A DNA stretch of 64,000 nt from Methanobacteriota archaeon (GCA_963720465.1 OY970393.1:320001-384000); one strand, 5' to 3'; shown: positions 1 to 11,353, counted from the first letter of the stretch. Numbers and translations: made by a program. The notes: generated from the sequence alone by a model not told the origin.

Positions 1-163
1 TTAGCGCCTCTATCAGGGCGTCTGTAGCGGCTTCGTCCCGCAGCTCTCCGAGCGCTTCGGCAACCTCTGACCGAATGTCTGCGTCGGGGTCTTTCAGCGC
101 ATTAATCAGTCCGTAGAGGTTTTTTTTCTCCTTGAGGTTCGCGATGTCTGCTTTCGTTCGCAT
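1..163 (-). CDS. HEAT/PBS-lyase-like repeat protein, 5' part (runs off window)
   Basis: Manual translation MRTKADIANLKEKKNLYGLINALKDPDADIRSEVAEALGELRDEAATDALIEAL has a typical HEAT repeat pattern. Confidence 0.75.
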   Translation of the reverse strand, partial: MRTKADIANLKEKKNLYGLINALKDPDADIRSEVAEALGELRDEAATDALIEAL

Positions 164-216
164 ATGCGCGCACGTTGATTGTCGTCGAGCGAGTTCCACG
201 CGTTGTCAGTAAACGG

Positions 217-1161
217 CTAGCCCGTGATTTTCGCAATCGACCCGCTTTTTGAGAGCACGACGACGCGACTGACGGGAGATCCCGCGGCGACGGCGTAGCC
301 CTCTCGTTCTGCGATATCGTGCGCAAACGACATAACGTCTTCGTACGACATCATAGCCGCGCGCGGCAGTCGTTTCCGCGAGAAGCCGAGATGCATGTAT
401 GATTTCACCTCGACGTAGTCGGGTTCGGCCAATTCGATGAGCTTTGCATAGCCTGGCTCCCCGAAAGCGTTGACCTCGTTTGCGAGCGTGATGCGAATCG
501 CAGTGCGTGAGGGATGATCAGCGAGAACGCGCAGTGACTCGAGCAGGTGCTCAAATCGACGCGTTCGTGGCCTGCACACCGCATAGAAATGCTCTTCATC
601 CGGGCTATTCAGTGAGACATAAAGTTGGGTCGGGCGTACCTCTTCGAGCACCTCCGGGTGGCTGCCGTTTGACACGACGAAGGTTGTTAGGTGTTTGCTG
701 TGATAGCGTTTGATAAGCTCGTCGAGATAAGGGTACAGCGTTGGTTCGCCGCTGAGCGAGATGGCCACTTGGCTCGGCTTATACGCTTCTTCCAGCTTGT
801 GCATGTCCGTTGTTGGAGAGCCTTTATAGCCTGAGATAAGCCTCCTCTGTGCCGCTATCGACCCGTCGACGAGGGTTTGCGGCTCGTCGAAGGTAGGTTT
901 CTCCGCCGGGTCATGATCAGTAGCCCTCCAGCAGTGCAGGCACTGCTGGTTGCAGTGCAGCGTCGGCGTCATTTGAATGCACCGGTGGGCGTGAATGCCA
1001 TAGAACTGCTCTTTATAGCACACGCCTTCGTTGCGGAGTGACTTTTTCAGCCAAAGACAGGGTTTGACGGCCCCCCCACAGCCTACAGCGTGATAGCCCT
1101 GTTTTGCCAGCGTCTGGCGGTACGATACCGGGGCTGACTCGTTAGCCTTCTTTCGTCGCAT
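217..1161 (-). CDS. taw1: 4-demethylwyosine synthase (radical SAM, TYW1/Taw1)
   Basis: CYKEQFYGIHAHRCIQMTP, CNQQCLHC radical SAM motif, AISLSGEPTLYP; ATG at 1161 avoids overlap with argS. Confidence 0.92.
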   Translation of the reverse strand: MRRKKANESAPVSYRQTLAKQGYHAVGCGGAVKPCLWLKKSLRNEGVCYKEQFYGIHAHRCIQMTPTLHCNQQCLHCWRATDHDPAEKPTFDEPQTLVDGSIAAQRRLISGYKGSPTTDMHKLEEAYKPSQVAISLSGEPTLYPYLDELIKRYHSKHLTTFVVSNGSHPEVLEEVRPTQLYVSLNSPDEEHFYAVCRPRTRRFEHLLESLRVLADHPSRTAIRITLANEVNAFGEPGYAKLIELAEPDYVEVKSYMHLGFSRKRLPRAAMMSYEDVMSFAHDIAEREGYAVAAGSPVSRVVVLSKSGSIAKITG

Positions 1162-1181
1162 GACGGGCGCTCCCTTTACGC

Positions 1182-2852
1182 TTACATCGAATCGACAGGT
1201 TCGATTCCGAGACAATTGAGTACGTTTCGTAACACGATGCGCGCACACGTTACCAAAGCTAGCCGTGCGCGGGACATCGCGGGCTCTGCGGAGAGCACGG
1301 GCATGAACCGATAGAACTGATTAAACGCCTCAGCAAGCTCACGCGCATAGGCGGCTAGCGCGCTTACGCTCAGGTTCACCGTCACGTCTTCGATCACTGC
1401 GGGAAACAGCGCACACAGCTTTATGAGCTTCACCTCGTATTCGTCGGTCAGCAAGTCCGGCTCGTACTGATTGTCGAACGTGGTTTTTATGAGAATGTTC
1501 GTCGCGCGCGCGTGCGCGTACTGTAGAAACGGCCCTCCCTGACGTTCGAAATCGAGGGCTTCGTTCCAGTCAAAGACCATCGGCTTGTCAGCCGACACCC
1601 GGAGCATGTCGTAACGCGTCGCGCCGATGCCCACAGCTTGTGCTATCGCGCGCTTTTCGTTTTCTGACAGCGTCGGGCGCCGCTTGGCGACCTCCTCGTA
1701 CGCTTTTTCGGTCACCCTTTCTAATACCTCGTCGGCGCTGACGAAGTGGCCGCGACGCGTGCTCATTGAGCCTTCTGGCAGCGAGACGAACTCAAAAAAG
1801 ACGACCTCGGGAGCGTTGATGCTGAGGAGCTCGAGCGCTTTGCCGACCTGAAGGGCAGCGAGCTTGTGGTCGGCGCCGAGCACGTCGATCATGCGGTTGC
1901 ATCGTCCCGCCTTCCAGACGTGATAGGCGATATCGCGCGTTGCGTACACCGACGTGCCGTCGGAGCGCCGCACTACGAGGTTCTTGCTGATTCCGAACGG
2001 CGACAAATCAACGTGCGTTGACCCGTCACGTTCAGTGACCCCGTGACTTTGCAGCTCGGCGATGATGCCGTCGATGTCGTCGAGGAACTCGCTCTCCCAC
2101 ACAAACCGATCGTGAGCGACGTGCAGGTTTTTGAGGGTCTTGCTGATGCCGCGCAAGCAAAACTCGACCGCGTCCTTGAAAAGCCACTGTACGTCTTGAT
2201 CGCCGCTTTCGAAGAGCTGCATGAGCTGCCGGACCTCAACCAGCTTTGCGGGGTGGAGTTCCACATCAGCGTTCGCCTTGACATATATGTCGGCGGTGGC
2301 GTGATCTGACTTCTTTCCCTCGGTGAGCGCGAAGTTCATGATGCCCCAGACGACCAGCGCAATCTGTCGGCCCATATCGTTGACGTAGTATTGGGTTTCC
2401 ACGCGGTACCCCGCCTGCTGCAGACAGCGCTTGAGCGTGTCGCCGATCACCGAGTTACGAATGTGACCAACGTGCAGGGGTCCGTTAGGATTCGCTGACG
2501 TGTGTTCGAGAACCACTGACCCCTTGGCGTCAATGTTGCCGTAGTCACGGTCTGCCTCAAGCACGGTGCGAAGCGTATGATGTAGGTAGTCGTCGCTCGC
2601 GAAGAAGTTAAGGTACGGTCCGGCTGCCTCGGCCCGCACTACGAGCTCGTCAGCGCCGAGGTATTCGGCGACGTTTTGCGCAATCTCCTGAGGCTTCAGC
2701 CTGAGGACGGGCGCGAGCTTAAAGGCTATGAGGCTGGTCAGATCGGCGTAGCCGGGCTTGACGGTAAGTGCGAGATGGTCGCTCGGATACTGGCACTTTT
2801 CCAACGCTCCAACTAATAGCTGCTCGACGTGCCTGCGGAAAGTCAGAAACAC
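1182..2852 (-). CDS. argS: Arginine--tRNA ligase
   Basis: EHTSANPNGPLHVGHIRN (HIGH), MSTRRG, LQYAHAR. Confidence 0.97.
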   Translation of the reverse strand: MFLTFRRHVEQLLVGALEKCQYPSDHLALTVKPGYADLTSLIAFKLAPVLRLKPQEIAQNVAEYLGADELVVRAEAAGPYLNFFASDDYLHHTLRTVLEADRDYGNIDAKGSVVLEHTSANPNGPLHVGHIRNSVIGDTLKRCLQQAGYRVETQYYVNDMGRQIALVVWGIMNFALTEGKKSDHATADIYVKANADVELHPAKLVEVRQLMQLFESGDQDVQWLFKDAVEFCLRGISKTLKNLHVAHDRFVWESEFLDDIDGIIAELQSHGVTERDGSTHVDLSPFGISKNLVVRRSDGTSVYATRDIAYHVWKAGRCNRMIDVLGADHKLAALQVGKALELLSINAPEVVFFEFVSLPEGSMSTRRGHFVSADEVLERVTEKAYEEVAKRRPTLSENEKRAIAQAVGIGATRYDMLRVSADKPMVFDWNEALDFERQGGPFLQYAHARATNILIKTTFDNQYEPDLLTDEYEVKLIKLCALFPAVIEDVTVNLSVSALAAYARELAEAFNQFYRFMPVLSAEPAMSRARLALVTCARIVLRNVLNCLGIEPVDSM

Positions 2853-2861
2853 GAGGCCTCC

Positions 2862-4094
2862 TTAGTGCTCGTCGATCGCAAAGCGCAGAATTGCTGCGAT
2901 GCCACCGAATGCTCGCATAAGCTGCTCTCCCTCGTTGAAGTCGGTCGAGATGAATTCGACTGCCGTGCCCGTATCTCCCGCTCGGCGGATGAGCTCATCT
3001 ACGACATCTTCCTCGCGTACCCGTTCCATGGTGCCCTCACACTTGGGGCACACCCCCGCCCCTTTGATCCCGCGAATCGTCTCCTCGAGCGTGAATCCGC
3101 ACAGAGGACAGCTGTTGGTCACGCGCTGGATGCGAAGTGCCTCTGAGAGAAGGAGGGTGTCGACAGCGCCCACCTGCAGTGCCTTTCGCACCTGTTTCTC
3201 TCCGTAGGTCGCCTTGTTGGAATCGTGCACGAGCTCCTTGAGGAAGCGTTCTACTACGTTCTTCTCGCGCATCAAGTCGAGCTCTTGCAGCACTTCGGCG
3301 CCGTTTTCGACAAGTTCGGAGAGGCCGAACTCGTCCGTGTAGGAGGCGTCAAACGCCCCAAGAATCCGCTGCTGCAGTTCGTGATGGAGGTACTCACCGT
3401 CGACGAATTCTTCCTTGGTCGGGCTGGGGCCCCCGATGAGCACGCCTTTGAGTTCAGGGTGTTGGAGAAACTCGTTGTTTGCGGCCTCGCCTATGCGTTT
3501 GAAGAACTCGTGAATGGCGATGAGCCGCAGGCGCTCAAAACGGCGCTGCGACTGCCCGCCCTTCGTGTGTTTGCCTGGGACCCCTGAAGTGAGGTGCTTT
3601 GTCGGCTCGATGCGCTTGCCGTTGAGGATGCCGACCGTCGCTTCGTTTCGGTCAAGCACGACGAGTCCGAAAACGTCCTTTTCCTTAAGCATTTCCTTGA
3701 GCGGCTCGAGGTTGAAGGTTGAATCGCAGCGGTACTGATATGATTTGATGGGTTCGATCGGCTCAACGACGAGCGTTTCCATGGTCGTCTTATCGCCGCC
3801 GAGCGAGATCGTCCCGGTGAAGATTACGATGCCTTTTGACGGCGGAAAACGATAGTACTTGAGGCGCGACATGATCGACGAGAGCGCGCTCTGCACGTTG
3901 GTGCGCGTGCTCTTCGACTTGATGTTCGCCGCCTGGCCGTACTCGTCGCGAAGCTGACTCGTCACGTCTGAGATCTGCTTGTCGGGCGGGATGTAAATGG
4001 TGATGAGTTCCGTGGCTTGGCCTTTCTTGCCCTCAAGGTTCTCGATAACGCGCTTGAATTCGTAGCGTTTTATTGATTCGATTGGGTCGCTCAT
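2862..4094 (-). CDS. prf1: Archaeal peptide chain release factor aRF1
   Basis: NIKS, YRCDS and GGQS motifs; C-terminal zinc ribbon. Confidence 0.97.
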   Translation of the reverse strand: MSDPIESIKRYEFKRVIENLEGKKGQATELITIYIPPDKQISDVTSQLRDEYGQAANIKSKSTRTNVQSALSSIMSRLKYYRFPPSKGIVIFTGTISLGGDKTTMETLVVEPIEPIKSYQYRCDSTFNLEPLKEMLKEKDVFGLVVLDRNEATVGILNGKRIEPTKHLTSGVPGKHTKGGQSQRRFERLRLIAIHEFFKRIGEAANNEFLQHPELKGVLIGGPSPTKEEFVDGEYLHHELQQRILGAFDASYTDEFGLSELVENGAEVLQELDLMREKNVVERFLKELVHDSNKATYGEKQVRKALQVGAVDTLLLSEALRIQRVTNSCPLCGFTLEETIRGIKGAGVCPKCEGTMERVREEDVVDELIRRAGDTGTAVEFISTDFNEGEQLMRAFGGIAAILRFAIDEH

Positions 4095-4346
4095 ATCGGT
4101 AGATCCCTGCCTCGCACACGGACAAAAAGTTAAAAAGGACCACGCGTCTCGCGGCTGGTCGCTCGACAGAGGATATAGTGAGCGCTTTATTTAAAAACCT
4201 TTTAGCGCGTATACAGCCAAGCAGGGCGAGGGAAGCTATATATGGCCGCGGGACAAAAGTATATAGTGTACGAGGCGCTTGAGCGGTCCGTTCTGTGACC
4301 GGATGCTGCAATGAGCTTCGCACCGTTGCTTGTTACAGGAGTCTAC

Positions 4347-4577
4347 ATGTGTCTTGCAATTCCTGCAGAGGTTATTAAGGTCGAAGGGAATAAAGGCGTC
4401 GTCGACTACGGCGGTTTGGAACAGGAGATAAGCCTGGATCTCGTTGAGGACGTCCGCCCGGGGGACTACGTGCTGATCCACGTCGGCTTCGCCATCGAGA
4501 AGCTGAGTAAGGAAGCTGCGCTCGAAACGCTTGCGATTTTTAAGGAGTTGGAAGAGCTCGAGCAGGAAAATGCATGA
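4347..4577 (+). CDS. hypC: Hydrogenase maturation chaperone HypC
   Basis: MCLAIP start; GDYVLIHVGFAI. Confidence 0.95.
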   Translation: MCLAIPAEVIKVEGNKGVVDYGGLEQEISLDLVEDVRPGDYVLIHVGFAIEKLSKEAALETLAIFKELEELEQENA

Positions 4578-4920
4578 GTTTGGCATCGCGACCGAGATCG
4601 TCAACGTCGTGACAGAAACGGTCGAAAGCAGACCGGTGAAACGGCTGATCTCGGTGACCGTTGAGGTCGGTCAGCTCGCGATGGTGAACCCTGAGCAGCT
4701 CAAGTTCTCTTTTGAAATGATTACTGAAGGCGGCCCCTTTGAGGGCGCAGAAATGAGAGTCGAAACGCTTCCCGCCGTCGCTAAGTGCAAGTGCGGCTTT
4801 GAGGGTGCGTTGGGCGACGAAGACTACGTGTGTCCTAAGTGCGGTGGCATGTACGAGCTGCTGGCAGGAAGGGGCATCTGTATTAAGAATCTCGAGGTTG
4901 AGCTCGAAGACGAGAGCTAG
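4570..4920 (+). CDS. hypA: Nickel metallochaperone HypA
   Basis: MHE start, CKC and CPKC Cys pairs. Confidence 0.93.
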   Translation: MHEFGIATEIVNVVTETVESRPVKRLISVTVEVGQLAMVNPEQLKFSFEMITEGGPFEGAEMRVETLPAVAKCKCGFEGALGDEDYVCPKCGGMYELLAGRGICIKNLEVELEDES

Positions 4921-4940
4921 ACGGCGAGGCGGACTGAATC

Positions 4941-5975
4941 ATGCAAACGCAAGGAGCAAAGGACGACGAACACGTAAGCTTGCTTCATGGGGCTGGCGGC
5001 GAGATGATGAACGCCCTCATCGCCGACGTTCTGACGAAGATCAAGAATACGAACGTCGGCGGCATTGGTTTGGAATCATTGGACGATGGCGCGGCCATTC
5101 CGCTGGCTCAAGGTGGCTATCTCGTACTCGCCACAGACACCCATGTGGTCAAGCCGATCTTCTTTCCCGGAGGGGATATCGGAAGGCTGTCGATATCTGG
5201 AACGGTCAACGACCTGGCCATGATGGGCGCGGCGCCGCTCGCGCTGACAAGCGCGATTGTTATGGAGGATGGCTTTGCGATCAGCGATTTGCGCAGGATT
5301 GTGGCATCGATGGATGAGGCGACTCAGGAGGTAGATGCAGCGATCGTGACTGGTGATACCAAAGTCGTAGAGAAGGGCGCACTTGACAAGATACTCATTA
5401 ACACGGCGGGGATCGGTTTTGTAGAGAAGCCGGTGCGGGACTGCGGTCTGAAGCCCGGGAATAAGCTCATCATCACAGGCACGATCGGCGATCACGGCAT
5501 CGCGGTGCTTGCCAAGCGGGAGGACTTCCACTTTCGCACGGAGCTGCGCTCGGATGTCGCCCCGATCTGGTACACCGTTAAGGCCGCACTCGACGTTGAC
5601 GCTTCTGCAATAACGGCCATGAAGGATCCCACGAGGGGTGGCGTGGCGAGCGCTCTGAACGACATGGCACGTAAAAGCGGCGTGGAGATCGTAATCGAGG
5701 AAAAGCTTCTGCCGATTAATCAGTCAATACAGGCTGCTGCTGAAATGTTGGGAATTGACGTGCTGGAAGTTGCCAATGAGGGGAAGGCGATTATCGGCGT
5801 AGAGGCCGACAGAGCTGAGGCAGTGCTCAATGCGATTAAGAAGACCAAGTATGGGAGAGTCGCTGCTATAATTGGCGAGGTTAGAACCGGCAAAAAAGTC
5901 CTGATGACGACACGTATCGGCGGAACCCGCTTTGTGGATGCCCCCCTAGGCGATCCCGTGCCTCGCGTGTGCTGA
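4941..5975 (+). CDS. hypE: Hydrogenase maturation protein HypE
   Basis: HGAGG, FFPGGDIG, DPTRGG, C-terminal PRVC. Confidence 0.96.
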   Translation: MQTQGAKDDEHVSLLHGAGGEMMNALIADVLTKIKNTNVGGIGLESLDDGAAIPLAQGGYLVLATDTHVVKPIFFPGGDIGRLSISGTVNDLAMMGAAPLALTSAIVMEDGFAISDLRRIVASMDEATQEVDAAIVTGDTKVVEKGALDKILINTAGIGFVEKPVRDCGLKPGNKLIITGTIGDHGIAVLAKREDFHFRTELRSDVAPIWYTVKAALDVDASAITAMKDPTRGGVASALNDMARKSGVEIVIEEKLLPINQSIQAAAEMLGIDVLEVANEGKAIIGVEADRAEAVLNAIKKTKYGRVAAIIGEVRTGKKVLMTTRIGGTRFVDAPLGDPVPRVC

Positions 5976-6019
5976 GCACTCACGCAGTTCTGAATTGCTT
6001 TTAGTGCTCGCGCTCCTTC

Positions 6020-6146
6020 GCAGAAAGCTCTATTATCAATGCTCGGCTAGATCAATGCTCGGCTAGCAAGCTGTGCTGTGTCAGGCCGTCACTTGGCGTG
6101 CGCAAGCCCGAGTAGTGTAGCGGCCTATCGTAGAGACCCCTCCAGC
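6020..6146 (+). repeat. Degenerate tRNA-Asp promoter/leader plus 5' half (left att of decayed element A)
   Basis: gcagaaagctctattatcaa...gcaagcccgagtagtgtagcggcctatc matches ~9799-9908 and ~27055-27164; has a local 16-bp duplication atcaatgctcggctag. Confidence 0.85.
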
Positions 6147-6289
6147 TTTTCTCCTCTTTTTAACTCTTGTCGCAGAACTACAGGCTATTTTGCGATCGCT
6201 GAGCGGGTGCCATAGTACCATCCTGACAAGTGAAATGGCGCAGGAGGATCTCTACCCGATCAACGAGGTCGCTAAAATCTCCGGTAAGC

Positions 6290-6483
6290 TGCAGTCCACA
6301 TTTTCGCGAGGCTAGCTAGCAAATTACAAAAAGTGGCATGCTGCCGGTCTCGATGACAAGAGGATTAACTGGATGGCAAAGCGACCGCGACGCACGAATG
6401 GCATAATCAGGAAGGCAACCACACATGCTGTGCGAGACGCCGCCTTAGATAGATACAAGCGCGAATACGCGAAACGCAAGGTG
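6290..6483 (+). pseudogene. Remnant of integrase catalytic part, int(C)
   Basis: Encodes NYKKWHAAGLDDKRINWMAK...GIIRKATTHAVRDAALDRYKREYAKRKV, matching NHYKKWRIEGLDRKSSNWMNK...GIISEITMDAVRDVALTKYTCVYSKRKV of ORF 9982. Confidence 0.8.
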
Positions 6484-6786
6484 TCCGTAGTCAGCGGTGA
6501 GACTATCTTGTCCTTCTTCAGTTCAGGAACACCGACGCCGGTATCGTGAACCTTAATAGCAACAGTGTCGTCTAAGCGAGAGGCGCTGATGGTCAGCTCC
6601 CGTCATCGGGCACCGCCGTACCGAGTTCAAAATAAGGTTGGCGAAGACGCGGTGCATGACGTACGGTTCGGGTCATCTGTCGATTCGCGGTGATGATGAC
6701 GGGAACGTTATGGCGCTTTGCTACTTTTGGTGTAGGGCTCCATCCCGGCGTCAGCCGCTGAATCAGATCAAGAGTAGGCTGTTGCC

Positions 6787-7143
<357 letters not shown>

Positions 7144-7187
7144 CTAGCTCGATCTGTGCCATGCGCCAGCGCGTACCGCTTTCCGGT

Positions 7188-8420
7188 CTAGATGCGATAC
7201 GCAATTTCGTCGTGCGTTGACAAATCGAGCCCTTGCTCTTCATCGTCAGAACCTACACGCAGGCCAATTGTTAAGTCTATCGATTTGGCGATGACCAGAG
7301 TTACGACAAACGAGTACGCAAATGTGACGGCAATGCCCAACGCTTGCACCGCGAGTTGATGCGCGTTGCCGTAGAGTAAGCCGGTTCCAGCCGCGTTGAT
7401 GAACGGGCTCGCAAAAAGACCGACAGCAAGCACACCCCAGATTCCTGAGAACCCGTGAATGCCGAAGACGTCGAGAGCATCGTCGTAGCCGAGCCGTGGC
7501 TTGATGTATGAAATGGCGGTATACGAAATGAGCGCCGCGCCGAATCCGATAACCATGGTGCTCATCACATTGACGAACCCGGCCGCAGGTGTGATCGCAG
7601 CAAGTCCGGCAATGGCGCCTGACGCCGCGCCGAGCAGCGTCACCTTGCCGAAGCGAAGGTACTCGATGAGCATCCACACGAGCAAGCCGACGGCAGCTGA
7701 GGTGTTTGTCACAATAAACGCCGAAGTCGCGAGCTGTCCAGCGGCGAGAGCCGAGCCGGCGTTAAATCCAAACCAGCCTACCCAGAGGAGCCCGGCGCCG
7801 AGGATGGAATAGGCGAGCTGTTGTGGGAACAATCTCTTGTCCTGCCGTGGCTTAAGGAGGAGGACGAGGGCAAGAGCCGCGACCCCACTGTTTATATGGA
7901 CGACAATGCCTCCTGCAAAGTCGAGAACGCCGAGTTGTGCGAGCCATCCGCCTCCCCAGACCCAGTGCGCGACCGGCAGGTAAACGAGCGTGAGCCACAG
8001 CGGAATGAAAAGCATCCACGCACCGAACTTGATGCGCTCGACAAGTGCGCCGGAGATAAGAGCGACGGTAATCGCTGCAAACGCCATCTCAAATACTGCG
8101 TAGAGCCCTAGCGGGATCGTGCCGTACAACGCATGCGATTCAAGGACGCCTTGGAAGAAGGGATTGGTCGGTATTCCGATAATCCCGTGGATGTCACTCC
8201 CAAAGACCGTTCCATAGCCGCAGATAAACCAAATCACGCTCACGACTGCATAAGCTGCAAACGACAAAAATAGCGTGTTTAGCACGTTTTCTTTTTTTAC
8301 CAACCCGGAATAGAACAGGGCGAGCCCCGGGATGGTCATCAGGATGACAAGTGCCGTCGAGATGAGCATCCAGGCCGTATCACCAGAATTCAAGACTGCT
8401 ATGACCATATTATCCTCCAA
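7188..8420 (-). CDS. amtB: Ammonium transporter
   Basis: [36 protein letters not shown]. Confidence 0.97.
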   Translation of the reverse strand: MEDNMVIAVLNSGDTAWMLISTALVILMTIPGLALFYSGLVKKENVLNTLFLSFAAYAVVSVIWFICGYGTVFGSDIHGIIGIPTNPFFQGVLESHALYGTIPLGLYAVFEMAFAAITVALISGALVERIKFGAWMLFIPLWLTLVYLPVAHWVWGGGWLAQLGVLDFAGGIVVHINSGVAALALVLLLKPRQDKRLFPQQLAYSILGAGLLWVGWFGFNAGSALAAGQLATSAFIVTNTSAAVGLLVWMLIEYLRFGKVTLLGAASGAIAGLAAITPAAGFVNVMSTMVIGFGAALISYTAISYIKPRLGYDDALDVFGIHGFSGIWGVLAVGLFASPFINAAGTGLLYGNAHQLAVQALGIAVTFAYSFVVTLVIAKSIDLTIGLRVGSDDEEQGLDLSTHDEIAYRI

Positions 8421-8915
8421 GTCTCTAACGACCGAGAGCCCGTAGCTCGCGAGTCGGAAGGCGGAATCCTGTTGCCCCTCATTTCATCTGTCCTATAAAT
8501 ATCGTTCGTTTTGCCACAGCGAAGCGCCTCAGACGTGCAAGAACCTAATCCATGCGCGTAGCAAAAACCCAAAGTCTTTAGGAATTTCCGGCGAAACGTG
8601 ATCCTTTTTAGAAAATGGTGTTAGTCTTCGTTACGATAGTCGGATTCGTTACAGGATTCGTTATACGGGGCGGCATAAAATCTCGCGCGCGAGCATCTGC
8701 GTTGAGTGGGATGCGTACTGTTTTAGCGGTTATGCTAGGTGAAAATTAGACTTCAGCTAATACCCCATGTCCCGTCTTGAGCTGGCCAGCAGTCAACACG
8801 GCTTGGCTTCTAAACGACACGCTCATATTGGAGCGAATCATATTCAGTTCACTCCCATGAATTGAGATCGCGCAACGATGTGAAGAGAAACTCGGCTTCG
8901 GAACGGTGAATAAAG

Positions 8916-9401
8916 ATGAGCGACGGGCGCCTTGGGCTCAGCGCTGAAGAAATACAGAGGTTCGAAGAACACGGCGTAGGGATTGGTGATGTTCTCGCCG
9001 AAGCACGACTCTTCACAACGGTTTCTGGAATTCTGTTCGGTTTCTTGCTTACCGCATCAGTCGCCGATACAAGTCAGCTTCCCGGAATTATCCAGCGCAT
9101 CCTTCTGCTTCTAGCACTTGTCTGCACGGCGTCTGCCACGCTGATGTTCATTTTGCCCCCCTTATACCATCATCTGCGCTTTCCAATGGACCAAAAGCAA
9201 AGGGCGCAATTTTTCTGGCGGAGTCACAAGTTTCTCGTGTGGGGCATAGTCCCTCTGTATGCGGGTGTGTATTTCTCGGTTTTTCTCGCCTTATATTCAC
9301 TCATCGGGGCTTATGCCGTTATATTGGCGACAGGAATACTGATAGTCCCTTTTATTGCATACGAGCTGAGGAAGGTCGGCGACCCAAAGGAACTTGGGTA
9401 G
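8916..9401 (+). CDS. Four-TM membrane protein (DUF6328-like)
   Basis: EAR...ILFGFLL and PPLYHH pattern; hydrophobic helices. Confidence 0.6.
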   Translation: MSDGRLGLSAEEIQRFEEHGVGIGDVLAEARLFTTVSGILFGFLLTASVADTSQLPGIIQRILLLLALVCTASATLMFILPPLYHHLRFPMDQKQRAQFFWRSHKFLVWGIVPLYAGVYFSVFLALYSLIGAYAVILATGILIVPFIAYELRKVGDPKELG

Positions 9402-9589
9402 ACGCTAGCAACAAATTCTTCGGGCATTCAACGCATCATCCGCCGCGGCGGACGCAACAGTAATGACGCTTACTCAATGCAGCGCACCACGACCTCGCCC
9501 AGTGCAGCATCTAGGCTACAAACAAAGACGGATACATATGCGACCGTGCAGACGGCGCTTGTCTCAAAAGTGTGCCGATTAATCGGGCG

Positions 9590-9868
9590 CATCTAACACT
9601 CTTGAAACTGGAAGTGAGGGAAAGCATGCATTTTTTATCGTCATTAGCGAACTATACCAAAAAGTGACAGTGTTTTAAAACAGAGAGAAGAAGTCTCAAA
9701 AAACAGATGCAGATGTAGCAGGCTTCGGCGGAGTCTTTGTTAAAAACGCGTCGGATTCCACGAAACAGTCAGAGGCAGACTCACGCTCGAAAAGCACAGC
9801 AGAAAGCTTTATTATCAATACTCGGCTAGTAAGCTGTGCTGCGTCAGGCAGTCGCTTTGCGTGCGCAA
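9590..9868 (+). pseudogene. Frameshifted int(N) remnant of element A
   Basis: DNA similar to 26845-27124 (LETGSEGKHAFFIV vs FETEHEGKQAFLIV); 9776-9868 near-identical to 27032-27124. Confidence 0.75.
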
Positions 9869-9908
9869 GCCCGGGTAGTGTAGCGGCCTATCATGGAGCC
9901 CTGTCGAG
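9869..9908 (+). repeat. tRNA-Asp 5' half, exact 40-bp copy (left att of element B)
   Basis: gcccgggtagtgtagcggcctatcatggagccctgtcgag identical to 27125-27164; no T-arm follows. Confidence 0.92.
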
Positions 9909-9981
9909 CGCTCCTTCTGTTTTTGAAGCTCTTTTTGCCTTTAAAGGAGTTTATAGATCTCTTACTCCAATTGAGTCAGAT

Positions 9982-10953
9982 TTGATCGGTGACAAGACAA
10001 GGATAACGCGCCCAAACGATTCAGTGAACGGTCAAAGCCTCGCTTCGCTCCAATTGACATTCTCGCTAAATCAACTTAATCATTACAAAAAATGGCGTAT
10101 AGAAGGTCTTGATCGGAAAAGCAGTAACTGGATGAACAAAGCGGCTGAGATTGTTTGGAACTGTACGCAGGGCATTATCAGCGAGATAACAATGGATGCG
10201 GTGCGGGATGTTGCCTTAACCAAATATACGTGCGTTTATTCAAAACGAAAGGTATTGTATTTCGCCAAAGGTCTTCTCAAATATCTTACTAAAACAACCT
10301 TCGACACTCGTTTTCAGTCGTTTGAACTCTTCTTGGCCATGCCTAAGGTGCTCAAAACGCGGAAGCACGTGACGAGCCGCATCGTGACTACAGAAGACGT
10401 TGAAAACGTGCTTAAAGCAATTGAACGGGCGTATAACGGCGGGCGAATTGACGCCTCTCATTATCACAACTACAACGCCTTAGTGTTATTCGGCGCGTTT
10501 ACAGGGCAACGACCTTTGGCAACAATAGCACGACTAAGAGTTGGCCAGTTCGAGGAAGCTGTAAAGATGCAGAAACCGTTCGTCGATATTCTTCCGGAGC
10601 AAGACAAAATTCGGATGCAACACTACTGCCCTCTTCACCCACAAGTTGTAGAGGCGATATTGCCAGTTTTAGATAGCCGGCGAGATAGCGAGACTGTTTT
10701 TGAGCAGCTTTCGTTTCAAGAGTGGCTTAAGCACACCAACATTCGGTTGCTGCACGGCGGCGCTCGCATAGTCAACGGAGACCTAAGAAAGTTTTGTGAG
10801 CAACATAGCGATATCATTCAGTGGGATCAGTCAAACAAGAATTACATTCTCACTCACGGCGTTTCCGGAGTTGATTGGCGGTTTTACAAACATCCGCTGC
10901 CTGAGCACGTGTACGACGTATATATGCAGTATTGGGCGGCTGTGCGATTCTGA
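9982..10953 (+). CDS. Tyrosine integrase catalytic part, int(C) of element B
   Basis: FTGQRP (R), QDKIR (K), GDLRK, LTHG, WRFYKH (Y); frame is open from 9679 through the tRNA half. Confidence 0.88.
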   Translation: MIGDKTRITRPNDSVNGQSLASLQLTFSLNQLNHYKKWRIEGLDRKSSNWMNKAAEIVWNCTQGIISEITMDAVRDVALTKYTCVYSKRKVLYFAKGLLKYLTKTTFDTRFQSFELFLAMPKVLKTRKHVTSRIVTTEDVENVLKAIERAYNGGRIDASHYHNYNALVLFGAFTGQRPLATIARLRVGQFEEAVKMQKPFVDILPEQDKIRMQHYCPLHPQVVEAILPVLDSRRDSETVFEQLSFQEWLKHTNIRLLHGGARIVNGDLRKFCEQHSDIIQWDQSNKNYILTHGVSGVDWRFYKHPLPEHVYDVYMQYWAAVRF

Positions 10954-11011
10954 TTCAATGCAAAAAAAGAAGGAAAAGAAAGCGCGAACGCTACCTACTA
11001 TTCACGCAGAC

Positions 11012-11353
11012 TTACCGCTTCACCGCTGCCATCTGTTCTGCTTTGGCCTTGAGAACCTGCCGCGCGAGTTCCTTTCCGGTTTCGTAATCTAAAACTTCGT
11101 GCACCTCGCTCTCACTCCATGGGAAGTTAGCGAACGCGCCCGCGAACAAGCCTTTGGCGTCTGCGGTGCTAATTGCGTATCCTGAGACTGCGTTTGCGAA
11201 CCAGCCGACCTCGAGTAGTCGACCACTCTTTAGCCCTTGGTCAATTCCTGCCCACAGCATCTCATTCAACTTTAAACCTTCAGCCGGATCAATCGGCCAC
11301 GGCGCATTCGGGTTCAAACGCCAAAGCGTTATATACTTCGGTATATCCCTCAC
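11012..11353 (-). CDS. Hypothetical protein (DUF3303-like), homolog of 62408-62719
   Basis: Shared pattern W...P..P.E..KL...GL..G.L...G....GYAIS. Confidence 0.7.
   Translation of the reverse strand: MRDIPKYITLWRLNPNAPWPIDPAEGLKLNEMLWAGIDQGLKSGRLLEVGWFANAVSGYAISTADAKGLFAGAFANFPWSESEVHEVLDYETGKELARQVLKAKAEQMAAVKR

Noticed and set aside
9869-9914. Second functional or trans-spliced tRNA-Asp
   Set aside because: No T-arm, and an intact gene exists at 27125; position beside the integrase fits an att site
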